Origin: a virus
Taxonomy: Duplodnaviria > Caudoviricetes
Virus record (IMG/VR): IMGVR_UViG_3300025445_000001
Coordinates: 1-59,643 of that record
Direction: 5' to 3' (one strand)
Length of the DNA stretch: 59,643 nt
Below the pieces are notes generated by a model. It ran no database searches, was not told the DNA's origin, and worked only from the letters and a program-made list of their open reading frames with translations. The position numbers were made by a program, and so were the translations under genes. Below are positions 29,177 through 38,389 of the stretch, piece by piece (position 1 is the first letter of the stretch; each line of letters begins with the position of its first letter).

Positions 29177-29749
29177 CTAGAAGTTGAGTTTGTACCGGAG
29201 GAATGCAGACAGTGCCTGCGGATCCCTCATTGCCAGCAACTCCAGAACCCCCAGATCCAGGGGCGTGGAGTACCCGACACTCTGCTGCTGCTTGGACGCC
29301 TCGAAGTCCAACCTGCCGGGATCGACATCAATCCCACCAGCTATGGCATTCGTAGGCTTCCCCCTCGCAGGCGTAGACCTCGTAAAGCTCAAGGGCCCCA
29401 AGTTGATGCCCTTCGTGGTATAGCGACCACCCGGAGTATCCATGTCCGTCAGGACAACTCCCAGAGGGTCAATGCCCGCAGAGAGAAGTCGTCCCGTGCT
29501 GGGGCCATAGGAAGATTCCCTTCGCATGACCCCTGGAGTTACATGATACCCTTCATCCCCCATGCGATACCCAGCCTGCACAATCTGGGAATCATCTGGG
29601 GCATACTCAGGATAAAGGCTCTCGATGCGATACCCTCCGATGGCGATAGGTGACTCCTCGGGCATGTCCACGCTGTAGGAGGACGCAGTGCGCCCTGACC
29701 CCGGCCTGACCCCAAGGAGCCACTTCTCGTATTCGGAGAGTTCCGCCAT
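29177..29749 (-). CDS. Hypothetical protein with beta-strand-rich C-terminus
   Basis: Coupled ORF; ends LRYKLNF. Confidence 0.55.
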   Translation of the reverse strand: MAELSEYEKWLLGVRPGSGRTASSYSVDMPEESPIAIGGYRIESLYPEYAPDDSQIVQAGYRMGDEGYHVTPGVMRRESSYGPSTGRLLSAGIDPLGVVLTDMDTPGGRYTTKGINLGPLSFTRSTPARGKPTNAIAGGIDVDPGRLDFEASKQQQSVGYSTPLDLGVLELLAMRDPQALSAFLRYKLNF

Positions 29750-30219
29750 CAGTAGTACTTGGCGGGACGGGTGCCCCGCTTCTCGGCGCCCTTGCCCTTC
29801 ACGCCGCCGCCCTTGGCATACGGCTTGGTGATGGTAGCGGCATCGGGATTGTTGCGGTCACTACGCGCGGGAGGAGCCTTGCGGCGATTCTCCTCGATCT
29901 TCTTCATCATGGCGTCCATCTTGGCCTTGTTGTTTCGGGCCTCGAACTGAAGCTTGTCGGCAAGGTAGTTGCCGCTGCGGCGGTACTCCGCCTCGTCCTC
30001 GGCAGACACCTGGCTGCCCTCTGCGTACTTCTTCACCTTGCCACCCTCCTTGTAGGCGGGACCCTTTGCCCGCATGGCGCTGCTGAGAAAGCCGCTCTTG
30101 TCGTCGGCTTTGTTAAATTCCTTTGCTAACTTGGGAGAAACTCCCACCTTCTTAGCAAAGACCGGATCGTGCGCGGCACCCGCCATCATGCGAGCCTGCG
30201 CGAAAGACTTACTGGGCAC
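29749..30219 (-). CDS. Basic protein with xxGG motifs
   Basis: MPSKS..Q...M..AAH.P.FAKKVG; YKEGG, YAKGG. Confidence 0.65.
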   Translation of the reverse strand: MPSKSFAQARMMAGAAHDPVFAKKVGVSPKLAKEFNKADDKSGFLSSAMRAKGPAYKEGGKVKKYAEGSQVSAEDEAEYRRSGNYLADKLQFEARNNKAKMDAMMKKIEENRRKAPPARSDRNNPDAATITKPYAKGGGVKGKGAEKRGTRPAKYY

Positions 30220-32491
30220 CTGTGCGACTCCCCATTGCCTTCACGGCAGCAAGGGCAGACTTCCTCGTGGAGTCGGCATCCTTCTGCTGCATCTTGAGAC
30301 CTTCCACAAAACCCTTCTGGTCCTGTGCCTGCTGCCTGAGGTCGAGTTCCCTGTTGCGCACCGCAAGCTGCGCGGCGTTGTTGAGCATCTTGTCCTGATG
30401 CTCCTTCTGCCGGAGCTGCAGCTCCGCCATGCCAAGCTGCAGGGTGGGATCCTGCTGACCCTGTGCCTGCGCTTGCGCCTTCTGCAGGTTCATGGTAGCC
30501 ACCTGCTGCACGGCTGCAGCCTCAGCCTGGGGACCCTGTGCCCCCATGGCCATGGCAGCCTCGGCGTACTGGAGAAGCACGTGTTCCTGCAGATTGGCCT
30601 CGACGAGGGGAGCGAGTTTCTGGAAGATGGGACCCGCACCCGGATCCTGCAGGAATGCCATCTTGGCCTGGATGTGGGCCTGGTGGTCCTGCCCCGGAAA
30701 TGCCTTGATGGGCTTGCCCTGCACCAGAGCCATGAGATCCTCAAGGGGGCTCATAGGCATGGGGTTCTGCGGCGGAGGAAGGATCTTGTCCACGTTGTCC
30801 ACTTCCATGGCAGCGTAGACGCGGCGGTAGATCTCCCGCATGTCGTGCATCTGCGGGTTATTCGACGCCATCTGCAGGAGGGTGGTGGCCCTCGTGAGAC
30901 GGTGCGCGTTGCTGGGCGTGTTGGGATCCGAGGAGGGGATGATATCCACTTCGGCGTTCACGTCCAGAACGAAGATCTGACGCGGGGCACCCTGGATATC
31001 GTAGGGGTAGCTGCGCAGGTAGTCCTTGTCGATGCGCCGCAGGATCTTGAACTCCTGCTTCTGGGCGGCATGGATGCGCTTGTGCGTGGCGCTGAAGAAC
31101 TTGGTGGAGGCCTCCAGGAGTGCCAGCGTGGTGCCCACGGGGCCGTAATTGGTCGAATCCGCAATCACCTGCTCCGTGGTGTCGGCGAACTTCTGGCCCG
31201 CACCCACCACCTCCCTGTGCAACGTCAGGAGGGTCTGCGACGGCTCCTTGTACGGGAGGGGGTAGATAGCCTTGGAGATGTCCTGGATGGTGGCATCCAC
31301 GTCGCGCCACTCGCCCGCACCGATGGGGTCGTTGCCACCCACGACGCGCATGCTCTTGAGCTTGAAGCCGCCCTGCAGGTTGGCGAACATGCCCGCGTCC
31401 ACCAGCGCCCGCATGGTGAGGGTGGCAGTCTTCGAGAGGGACCCGATGAGGTGGATGAGGCCCAGACCGTAGAAGCCCATGGTGGGCACGTAGCGATAGT
31501 GGACGAACCACTCCAGCTTGCGCTTCTGGGGGTCATTGGGATCCCAGTTGCGCCTGATGCTGAGGACCCTCTTGGAGGACGAGTCCACCGTGACGATGTA
31601 GGGCAGCGGCCCATCCTCCGTCTCCGGCAGGTCGAACTGGAAGTACCCATGGTACTCGTAGAGCACGTAGGCCTTGAAGTTCTCCGGGGCCGCGACGCCC
31701 TGCAGCTCATCGACCTTCTGGGCAATGGGATTGAGGTCCACCATGCCCGGGGCCCCAAGGGGCACGTTCCTGTAGAGGCCGCTGGCGATATCGCCCTGCA
31801 TGTCCTCTTCGTTGCGGTAGATTACGTGAGCGTACCGCTCTGCCCGGCGGAGGTCGGGGGCGTTGTAGCTGACGACGAACTGGTCAACAGGGACATACTC
31901 TGCCACGGGTCTGTTGACGCCAGAGTCAAAATAAAGCTTTCGGAAGCAAGATCCCACAAGGGGAAGGGCGAAGAGGAGACGCTCGGTTTCGTCAAAGTAC
32001 TCCACCATCTCTTCGAGGATCTGGTAGTTCATGAACTCCTTGAGCCGGGAGGCAGCAGCCTCCTTCTCGGGAGTCGAATTACCCCACACCCGGGTGCGCA
32101 CCGGACCCGCAGCCGGGAAGAGTTCCTGCACCGCCTTGCTCTGGAACTTCACCACGTTTTCGAGGAGGAGGGGATGGTTGGCCCGGCAGGCCCCCTCGAA
32201 GGGCTCGGCGGCGTCGTCGATCTTCAGCCCCAGCTCGTCCATGCCCTTGACGATGAGGTTCTCCCACTCACTGCGCGAGTCCAGGTCATCCCGGACATTC
32301 TCGCAGATCTTGTAGCCTATGGCCCCCAGATCAGACTCCGAGAGATGCTCGGCCAGGTTGACATGGTGCTCGGAGATATCGGGACCCTGCTCCTCCTCGG
32401 GCTCCAGGTCCACGTCCATGCCACCATCGTCCAGCTCCACCACGAGAGGAGACACGACGATTTCTTCGGGATTGGGATTCTGGACCGGCAT
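30209..32491 (-). CDS. Portal protein (P22-like, Gln-rich C-terminal barrel)
   Basis: PFEGAC...HPLL.E..VKFQ, GFYGLGLIHLIG, LPYKEPS; follows TerL. Confidence 0.9.
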   Translation of the reverse strand: MPVQNPNPEEIVVSPLVVELDDGGMDVDLEPEEEQGPDISEHHVNLAEHLSESDLGAIGYKICENVRDDLDSRSEWENLIVKGMDELGLKIDDAAEPFEGACRANHPLLLENVVKFQSKAVQELFPAAGPVRTRVWGNSTPEKEAAASRLKEFMNYQILEEMVEYFDETERLLFALPLVGSCFRKLYFDSGVNRPVAEYVPVDQFVVSYNAPDLRRAERYAHVIYRNEEDMQGDIASGLYRNVPLGAPGMVDLNPIAQKVDELQGVAAPENFKAYVLYEYHGYFQFDLPETEDGPLPYIVTVDSSSKRVLSIRRNWDPNDPQKRKLEWFVHYRYVPTMGFYGLGLIHLIGSLSKTATLTMRALVDAGMFANLQGGFKLKSMRVVGGNDPIGAGEWRDVDATIQDISKAIYPLPYKEPSQTLLTLHREVVGAGQKFADTTEQVIADSTNYGPVGTTLALLEASTKFFSATHKRIHAAQKQEFKILRRIDKDYLRSYPYDIQGAPRQIFVLDVNAEVDIIPSSDPNTPSNAHRLTRATTLLQMASNNPQMHDMREIYRRVYAAMEVDNVDKILPPPQNPMPMSPLEDLMALVQGKPIKAFPGQDHQAHIQAKMAFLQDPGAGPIFQKLAPLVEANLQEHVLLQYAEAAMAMGAQGPQAEAAAVQQVATMNLQKAQAQAQGQQDPTLQLGMAELQLRQKEHQDKMLNNAAQLAVRNRELDLRQQAQDQKGFVEGLKMQQKDADSTRKSALAAVKAMGSRTGAQ

Positions 32492-32497
32492 TGGGCT

Positions 32498-32526
32498 AGT
32501 CTACCACCAATCCCCCAAACAATCAA
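32498..32526 (-). promoter_or_regulatory. Sigma-70-type promoter, probably leaderless, for the portal gene
   Basis: TTGATT-N17-TAGACT-N6-ATG(32491). Confidence 0.65.
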
Positions 32527-34001
32527 GTGCTCCAGTAGGTCTTCCTCTTGCGGACAGAGGGCTCGTCGTGAACCTGGTCGTCCTGGTTGTAGAGACTATA
32601 GCTGTCCCTCAGGTACAGGAGGGCCATGGTCATGGCGTCGACCTGGTCATCATTCTTCCCCTTGGGAAACGCCAGGGCCTCTTCAGTAAGGCTGTAGGCG
32701 AAATCCTGCTCCTCCGGGAACCATACCCGCCCCGACACGAAGAAGCGCATAACGGCATGAACCCTCGCCATCTTGTCCTGACCCTTGCCCGGCACGTAGG
32801 GTATCACCGGCAACCCAGCCCTCTGGAGGTCGGGGTACAATACCTCGCCCGAGGCCTTCTTCTCCACGATGATGCGGTCCGGGTTGTACTTCTTGCTGAG
32901 CTGCCGTGCCTGCTCCAGCAGCTCGGGATACTCCCACTTGCCCCTCCTGTTGGCCAAGAGGAACGCATTGGGCACGTTGAACTCCTTGCCCCTGCTGTCC
33001 TCATAGCCCGTGGTGAAGATGCCCCACACCTGCAGGACACTATAGTCGCTGGTCTCTTTCTTGCCGAAGGCCGTGTCGGCACTCATGATGATGCTGTCGC
33101 AGACGGGGAGGGGCTTGTCCTTGGGCCACCACTGCAGGTTCTCGTACTTGATGAGGTTGCCTTCCTCCCCGGTGGGCTCCTGCATGTAGAGGGCATTCCA
33201 CTGCGAGCGGGGCATCGTGGGATCGTCGCGCAGCTTCTGCAGGTACTCCGCAGGCCACCTCTCCGGCCAGTACGAATCCTCCCCCTCCGTAAGTGCGGGA
33301 ATACTGAGGACTCGCCACTGCTCCGCCCTCTCGTCCCTCTCCGCATTGCTCAGGAGCCACCCTGCCAGGTCATCCTCGTGCCACCTCGTGGTGACGATGA
33401 GGATGCGGCCATCGGGCTGCAGTCGAGAGCGAAGACCTCCGGGCCACCAGTTCTTCACGAACTCGCGGGCCGACTTGCTCATCGCATCCTGTTCGCTCAG
33501 GGGGTCATCGATGATAGCAAGATTAGCGCCGCGACCTGCAATACCAGCAGTAATACCGGCAGCGACATACCTACCTCCCTGTTCCGTATCCCACCTGTTG
33601 GTTGCCCTACTGTCGCTCTTGACCCTCGTATCGAAGAGGCTTTGGTAGTCCTCGCTCTGGATGATGTTGCGGGTATCCCTTCCAAAGGCGTTGGCCAGTT
33701 CCTGCCCGTAGCTCACGCCCATCACCTGCCACGAGGGATGCCTCCCCAGCACCCACGTAGGGTAGAGCACCGATGCGTTGACGCTCTTCATGCTACGCGG
33801 GGGCATGAAGATCATCGCCCTTGCGCGGGGGGTCTCCTCTACCCACTGCAGCAGCTCCGCGATCTCCTCAAGGTGCCTGCCATTCACGAACCCCTCGGGG
33901 AGAATCCACGGTGCAGCGTACTGCATGTATGCGTAGTAGGACTCCCTCGCCTTGGCCTCGGCAAGGGCAGTAAGCTCCCGCAGGAGGACATCCTCACTCA
34001 A
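32523..34001 (-). CDS. terL: Terminase large subunit
   Basis: MPPRSMKS Walker A, IIDDP Walker B, TRWHEDD, DTA and DDQVDA nuclease motifs. Confidence 0.95.
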   Translation of the reverse strand: MSEDVLLRELTALAEAKARESYYAYMQYAAPWILPEGFVNGRHLEEIAELLQWVEETPRARAMIFMPPRSMKSVNASVLYPTWVLGRHPSWQVMGVSYGQELANAFGRDTRNIIQSEDYQSLFDTRVKSDSRATNRWDTEQGGRYVAAGITAGIAGRGANLAIIDDPLSEQDAMSKSAREFVKNWWPGGLRSRLQPDGRILIVTTRWHEDDLAGWLLSNAERDERAEQWRVLSIPALTEGEDSYWPERWPAEYLQKLRDDPTMPRSQWNALYMQEPTGEEGNLIKYENLQWWPKDKPLPVCDSIIMSADTAFGKKETSDYSVLQVWGIFTTGYEDSRGKEFNVPNAFLLANRRGKWEYPELLEQARQLSKKYNPDRIIVEKKASGEVLYPDLQRAGLPVIPYVPGKGQDKMARVHAVMRFFVSGRVWFPEEQDFAYSLTEEALAFPKGKNDDQVDAMTMALLYLRDSYSLYNQDDQVHDEPSVRKRKTYWST

Positions 34002-34491
34002 ACTTCACCCCCGCAATTCTGGCAAGGCGCTGGATCTCAGCCACCTTCGCACTCTTGTCGCCCTCCATCCGAGAGGTCACGTTTAGGATGGCCTTCTGCT
34101 CCACGAAGTAGCCCATGGACTTGCCCAGCAACTCCGCCGCCCTGTTGGCCCCGCTATAGTCCCCATCGGCCATGGCCCTGTCATATGTCTCCATGAGCAT
34201 CTGATGGTACTTGTCCCTCGTCACGTCGGCGCGGATCTCGTCCCTCTTCTGCATCTGCTGCAGGCGCTCCTTCACCTTGGGCTTCCCCAGCCACCTCCGG
34301 GCCGTGACGTTGGGGTGCCTGCCCGCATACCCCGCAGCCGTGATGGCCTTCTTCAAGTCCATGGTGGCCAGGTACTCCCGGCAGAAGATCTCCTCCTCCG
34401 GGGTAATGCCATCCTCCCTATGGATGCGCCTCAGCTCCTTCACGGGGAGCTGCTGCACCTGCAACGCTACTGCATCTATCACCTTGCTCAT
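33994..34491 (-). CDS. terS: Terminase small subunit
   Basis: FCREY......AI.AGY N-terminal HTH; A.ELLGK..G.F; directly upstream of TerL. Confidence 0.85.
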   Translation of the reverse strand: MSKVIDAVALQVQQLPVKELRRIHREDGITPEEEIFCREYLATMDLKKAITAAGYAGRHPNVTARRWLGKPKVKERLQQMQKRDEIRADVTRDKYHQMLMETYDRAMADGDYSGANRAAELLGKSMGYFVEQKAILNVTSRMEGDKSAKVAEIQRLARIAGVKFE

Positions 34492-35960
34492 GCCACACTC
34501 GTCAGTACATGGTCAGTCACGAACGTCTTGAGGCGATGCACCTCCACGATGCTGCGCCCCGTCTTGCTCTCCCTACCATTGTTGCGCCACTCCAGGCCGC
34601 ACTTGCGCAGGTCCTCCGACACGCGGGTCATCCTGTTACGCAACTGCAGCGACGTGGTGGGCCAGAACTTGGATGCCTGCACCCTCGAAGTCAGCTCCAC
34701 GAGAAGCTCGCTCCACGTCCCGCTCCAGAACTCCTTGTCCCTCATGAGGGAAATGAGTGCCTGGGCCACCTCGTTGAACTCCACGAAGTGCGCGCTGGAC
34801 TCCATCTTGTTGCGCGAGTACGCCTCAAGGAACCTGCTCCCGGCCTCGCTCCCAAGTCCCGCATATGCCCACCTCGCGAAGTTGGCCATCCTGGGGGCCT
34901 CGTTGAGCCTCACCCCCGCGAAGCCCTTCTGTGCCCGCGCCACGCAGTCGAAGATGGCCCCCATGAGAAGAGGCAGGTCCGCCTCGAACCCGGCCCAGAA
35001 CGTATCGTCGTCCATCCTCTCCGAAGCCGGGATGGCAGGAAGCTCCACATTGATGCTCCTGCTGCTAAGATCCTCCCGCTCCACGAAGGCGGGAATCCCG
35101 TTGAGCACTATGGGCCTGCAAGCCGTGAATGCTGCCTCATCGCTGTCGGTGTACAACGCCCTGCCGCCCAGGGCCCCCGTACCAGTGGCTATGCGACAGA
35201 GGGAGTCACTCAGATTATTCTGCAACGACGACACGTTGTCAATGGCCAACACATAGGAATTCTTCACGGCAGCCACAAGGTCCCTTCCAGAGCCGGGAGG
35301 CTCCCTCATGTCCCTCGCGTGGGGATCCACCAACCTCCTCAGGAGTCGCGTCGTGGTACTCTTGCTACTGCCCTGCTCACCATTGATGATGAGCACGGGG
35401 TAAGGCCCGCCCACCTTGAAGGCACCCACCAGCCACGCCGCCAACAGGTACACGTCATCTGGCTGGCACCTCACGTGCTTCCTCAGCAACTCCACGAGGT
35501 CCCCACCCTCGCGCGGCCTCACCTGCGCCAGCATCCCCGAAGGCCTGTAGAACCTTGGCGTCTCCCCCGTGGTACGCACCACCTGCCACGTACCACCCTG
35601 CCACTTTACCATCTCGCGGCTGTCGTCCCCAAAGTCATACCAGAGACTACCGGCCTCCCCTCCCAAGCGCACGAAGGCACTCATGATGCGCTGCGACGCC
35701 AGGGCCGTACCCACGCACCACGCCTTGATCTCGTCGATGGCCTTCCCACTCGGCAGCTTGCCGGGGGCCCCCTGCATCGCCACCATGTACACTATGCCCG
35801 TAAAGGCCTCGCTCTTCACGGGTACCGTGTGCCGGACTGCGTCCATCCATACGTCTACGAACACGTCCCCGTTGGGAGTCCTCCACGGCTTGAGGCGCTC
35901 CGCCACCATGCGAAAGAGCCCGGCGGGCCCCAGGATGGTGGAATCTTTCTGCTCTTCCAT
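34488..35960 (-). CDS. Helicase-like P-loop ATPase of the type usually fused to primases; no primase domain seen
   Basis: GEQGSSKS Walker A, LAIDN Walker B, RALYTD, LNGI, DLSSR arginine-finger-like motif; AAGGAG RBS. Confidence 0.7.
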   Translation of the reverse strand: MEEQKDSTILGPAGLFRMVAERLKPWRTPNGDVFVDVWMDAVRHTVPVKSEAFTGIVYMVAMQGAPGKLPSGKAIDEIKAWCVGTALASQRIMSAFVRLGGEAGSLWYDFGDDSREMVKWQGGTWQVVRTTGETPRFYRPSGMLAQVRPREGGDLVELLRKHVRCQPDDVYLLAAWLVGAFKVGGPYPVLIINGEQGSSKSTTTRLLRRLVDPHARDMREPPGSGRDLVAAVKNSYVLAIDNVSSLQNNLSDSLCRIATGTGALGGRALYTDSDEAAFTACRPIVLNGIPAFVEREDLSSRSINVELPAIPASERMDDDTFWAGFEADLPLLMGAIFDCVARAQKGFAGVRLNEAPRMANFARWAYAGLGSEAGSRFLEAYSRNKMESSAHFVEFNEVAQALISLMRDKEFWSGTWSELLVELTSRVQASKFWPTTSLQLRNRMTRVSEDLRKCGLEWRNNGRESKTGRSIVEVHRLKTFVTDHVLTSVA

Positions 35961-36100
35961 GCTTGTCTCCTTGCACTAGGCACGAGCACCATAGCCGCGT
36001 CCCTGCGGGAGATCCAGCAAAATGAATAGTTGACTTGCCCCACGAATCATGTCATCATGCGTGAGACCCGCGTTGCACCCCCCTACCCTCCAAGCCGCAG

Positions 36101-36277
36101 GGGTGAAGAGGGTGAAGGTTGTGAGGGTCACTTTGCAACATTTCCCCCACTCCACTCTCTTTCTCTCTCCACTTTAGAGAAAGTACCCTCACAACCTTCA
36201 CAACCCTCACCCTGCCTTGCAAATCAACAACTTAGCTCTGAAGAGCCTCCCGGCCCTACCTTCACAACCCTCACCCC
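36101..36277. repeat. Iteron-like array 1: 9-bp AACC(C/T)TCAC units in inverted blocks
   Basis: Three units in reverse orientation at 36101-36128, three forward at 36185-36211, two more at about 36258-36275. Confidence 0.85.
36222..36234 (+). promoter_or_regulatory. IHF consensus site
   Basis: AATCAACAACTTA matches WATCAANNNNTTR. Confidence 0.65.
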
Positions 36278-36416
36278 GTTGCAACAATCCGTAACAATAT
36301 GTGACTTGCGCCCACGCGCCAACAGCGTATCTTGGCCCCGTTCCATCCCGGAACATGCCTGTGACCCTGCGGGGCCGGGCACCCACCACGTTTTGTCAGC
36401 TTGTCCTGTTTACCTT

Positions 36417-36470
36417 GCCCCCGCCCAGAAACCCCACATCTCGTAGGGTCTTTGCGGCGGGGGTCTTTTT
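36417..36470 (+). terminator. Intrinsic terminator, plus orientation
   Basis: GCCCCCGCC...GGCGGGGGT stem with an inner stem, then CTTTTT. Confidence 0.6.
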
Positions 36471-36492
36471 GTGGCGCCAGCTTAGCGCATGG

Positions 36493-37440
36493 CTACCGTC
36501 TGCCGTAACAGTCCCAGTCCACCATCTTGGCCACGAGCTGCCGTAAGCTCACCTCCGGCTCCCAACCCAAGGTTGCGATCTTGGCGGGGTTGCCCTCCAG
36601 CCAGTTGACCTCGGCGGGCCGGTAGTACTTGGGATCCCTTACGACATAGTCTTCCCAGCGCAGCCCCACGCGGTCAAAGGCGTGGAAGAGGAAGTCCCCG
36701 ATGCTGTGGGACTCTCCCGTGGCCACCACGTAGTCCCCCGGCTGGGGTGCCTGCAGCATCATCCACATGGCCCGGACGTAGTCTCCGGCGAAACCCCAGT
36801 CCCTCCGGGCTTCAAGGTTGCCGAGGGCGATGTGCTTTGCGCGTCCCGCCAGGATCTCGGAGAGTCCCAGCGTGATCTTCCTCGTGACGAACTGGGGTCC
36901 CCGCAGAGGGCTCTCGTGGTTGAAGAGGATGCCGCTGCAGGCGAAGAGCCCGTGGGATTCGCGATAATTCTTGGTGATGTGGTGCCCGTAGAGCTTCGCC
37001 ACGCCGTAGGGGCTGCGGGGCATGAAGGGGGTGTCCTCGTCCTGCGGGGCAGGGGAGTTCCCGAACATCTCCGAGGTGCTGGCCTGATAGAACTTGGTGC
37101 GCGGGGAGACCTGCCGCAGGGCTTCGAGGATGTGGAGGGGCCCCAGGGCGTTGGTGTGGGTGGTGCTGGTGGCGGTGTCCCACGAGGAACCCACGAAACT
37201 CTGCGCTGCGAGGTTGTAGATCTCGTCAAAGCCCATCTCGACGATGCGGCGCATGTCCCCCGGGGAGGATACATCGCCCACGTGGAGGGTAATGTGGGGC
37301 CGCAACTGGAAGAAGTCAAGGTTCACGAGGTTGGGCGTGTGCGAACGCACCACTCCGTGGACCTCGTAGCCCTTGCGAGTGAGGAAGTTGGCGAGGTAGG
37401 AGCCGTCCTGGCCCCCGATTCCGGTAATTAGGGCGCGCAT
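36493..37440 (-). CDS. gmd: GDP-mannose 4,6-dehydratase
   Basis: ALITGIGGQDGSYLA, YNLAAQSFV, YQASTSEMFG, SPYGVAK, GILFNHESP, GNL.ARRDWG. Confidence 0.97.
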   Translation of the reverse strand: MRALITGIGGQDGSYLANFLTRKGYEVHGVVRSHTPNLVNLDFFQLRPHITLHVGDVSSPGDMRRIVEMGFDEIYNLAAQSFVGSSWDTATSTTHTNALGPLHILEALRQVSPRTKFYQASTSEMFGNSPAPQDEDTPFMPRSPYGVAKLYGHHITKNYRESHGLFACSGILFNHESPLRGPQFVTRKITLGLSEILAGRAKHIALGNLEARRDWGFAGDYVRAMWMMLQAPQPGDYVVATGESHSIGDFLFHAFDRVGLRWEDYVVRDPKYYRPAEVNWLEGNPAKIATLGWEPEVSLRQLVAKMVDWDCYGRR

Positions 37441-37446
37441 GCCCAA

Positions 37447-37475
37447 ATTCTAGGGCACTTGGGGCCCTCGTGCAA
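37447..37475 (-). promoter_or_regulatory. Sigma-70-type promoter, probably leaderless, for gmd
   Basis: TTGCAC-N17-TAGAAT-N6-ATG(37440). Confidence 0.75.
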
Positions 37476-37482
37476 GCGAAAA

Positions 37483-37914
37483 TTACGCTGCGAGGTGGGA
37501 TTTCAGCATCCAGGCGGCCTTCTGGTGCTGCATCTGGCGCTCAGCGAGGAGGTTGGAGGTGGCCGGGTCGCTCTCCGCGAGGAGGGAAGAGGTGCGCGCG
37601 GCAAAGAGGGCCAGCTTTTCGTGGTCCAGCGCCAGGATTTCCAGCATCTTTGTGTATTTTGGGGGCTTGGCGGGGATGGGATCCACGGCTTCCGCGTCGG
37701 CGTTGGAGTTGTGGGCGTGGGGAAAGGCATCCAGGGCACGGATGCGCTCTGCGAGGGTGTCGGCAGCCTCCTGGAGTTCGGAGTATTGCTTGCCGAAGAG
37801 CTTGTGGAGGGGTCCAAAGGTGGGTCCGGTGACGCACCAGTGGAAGTGCTGGGTCTTCAAGGAGAGGGCCAGCGTGCTGTGGAGAAGGGTATCTAGGATT
37901 TTCTCGCAGGACAT
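37483..37914 (-). CDS. dps: Dps family mini-ferritin
   Basis: KTQHFHWCVTGPTF.PLHKLF..QY......D.LAERI; C-terminal K.AWML.S. Confidence 0.92.
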   Translation of the reverse strand: MSCEKILDTLLHSTLALSLKTQHFHWCVTGPTFGPLHKLFGKQYSELQEAADTLAERIRALDAFPHAHNSNADAEAVDPIPAKPPKYTKMLEILALDHEKLALFAARTSSLLAESDPATSNLLAERQMQHQKAAWMLKSHLAA

Positions 37915-37920
37915 GTGCCA

Positions 37921-37949
37921 AGTATAGCGCATGTGGGTCCCGGGTGCAA
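37921..37949 (-). promoter_or_regulatory. Sigma-70-type promoter, probably leaderless, for dps
   Basis: TTGCAC-N17-TATACT-N6-ATG(37914). Confidence 0.75.
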
Positions 37950-38158
37950 CCCAAAATTTGAAAATTTCCGTGGGAGGGGTCCCCCAAATCCCCCAAGCAC
38001 ATACGGCATGTTTTTCCCCGGGGGGTAGCAACGCGCACGCCAGATCGAATCGGCCCCGTTGCGAATTAGAATCATTCCAAGTCCTGGAGCCGGGCATGGC
38101 AAAGCCCCCGGGAGCTACTGCCCCCGGAGGCCCTTGCCGATCTAGCGGTGCAACGCGT

Positions 38159-38389
38159 CTACCAGTGCAGCCCGGCACGCACGATCTTGCGTGCTACTCG
38201 CAGCGGCGGCGCGTCGCTCTGATACGCGTTCCAGATGGCCCGCGCATCCACGTCGCAGTCATCTAGGGTCAGCCCCCATGAACGCAGATGGGCATCCACG
38301 CGCCCAAGCCATGCGTCATACGTTTCCGGCTGAGGAACGGTGCGCATAAGCGCGCCGCCCCCGGCGATCCTCTTCCAGCCCTTCATCAC
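38159..38389 (-). CDS. Hypothetical protein
   Basis: Overlaps the upstream stop. Confidence 0.5.
   Translation of the reverse strand: MMKGWKRIAGGGALMRTVPQPETYDAWLGRVDAHLRSWGLTLDDCDVDARAIWNAYQSDAPPLRVARKIVRAGLHW

Noticed and set aside
36101-36277. CRISPR array
   Set aside because: Units are 9 bp, tandem or inverted, with no unique spacers and no cas operon
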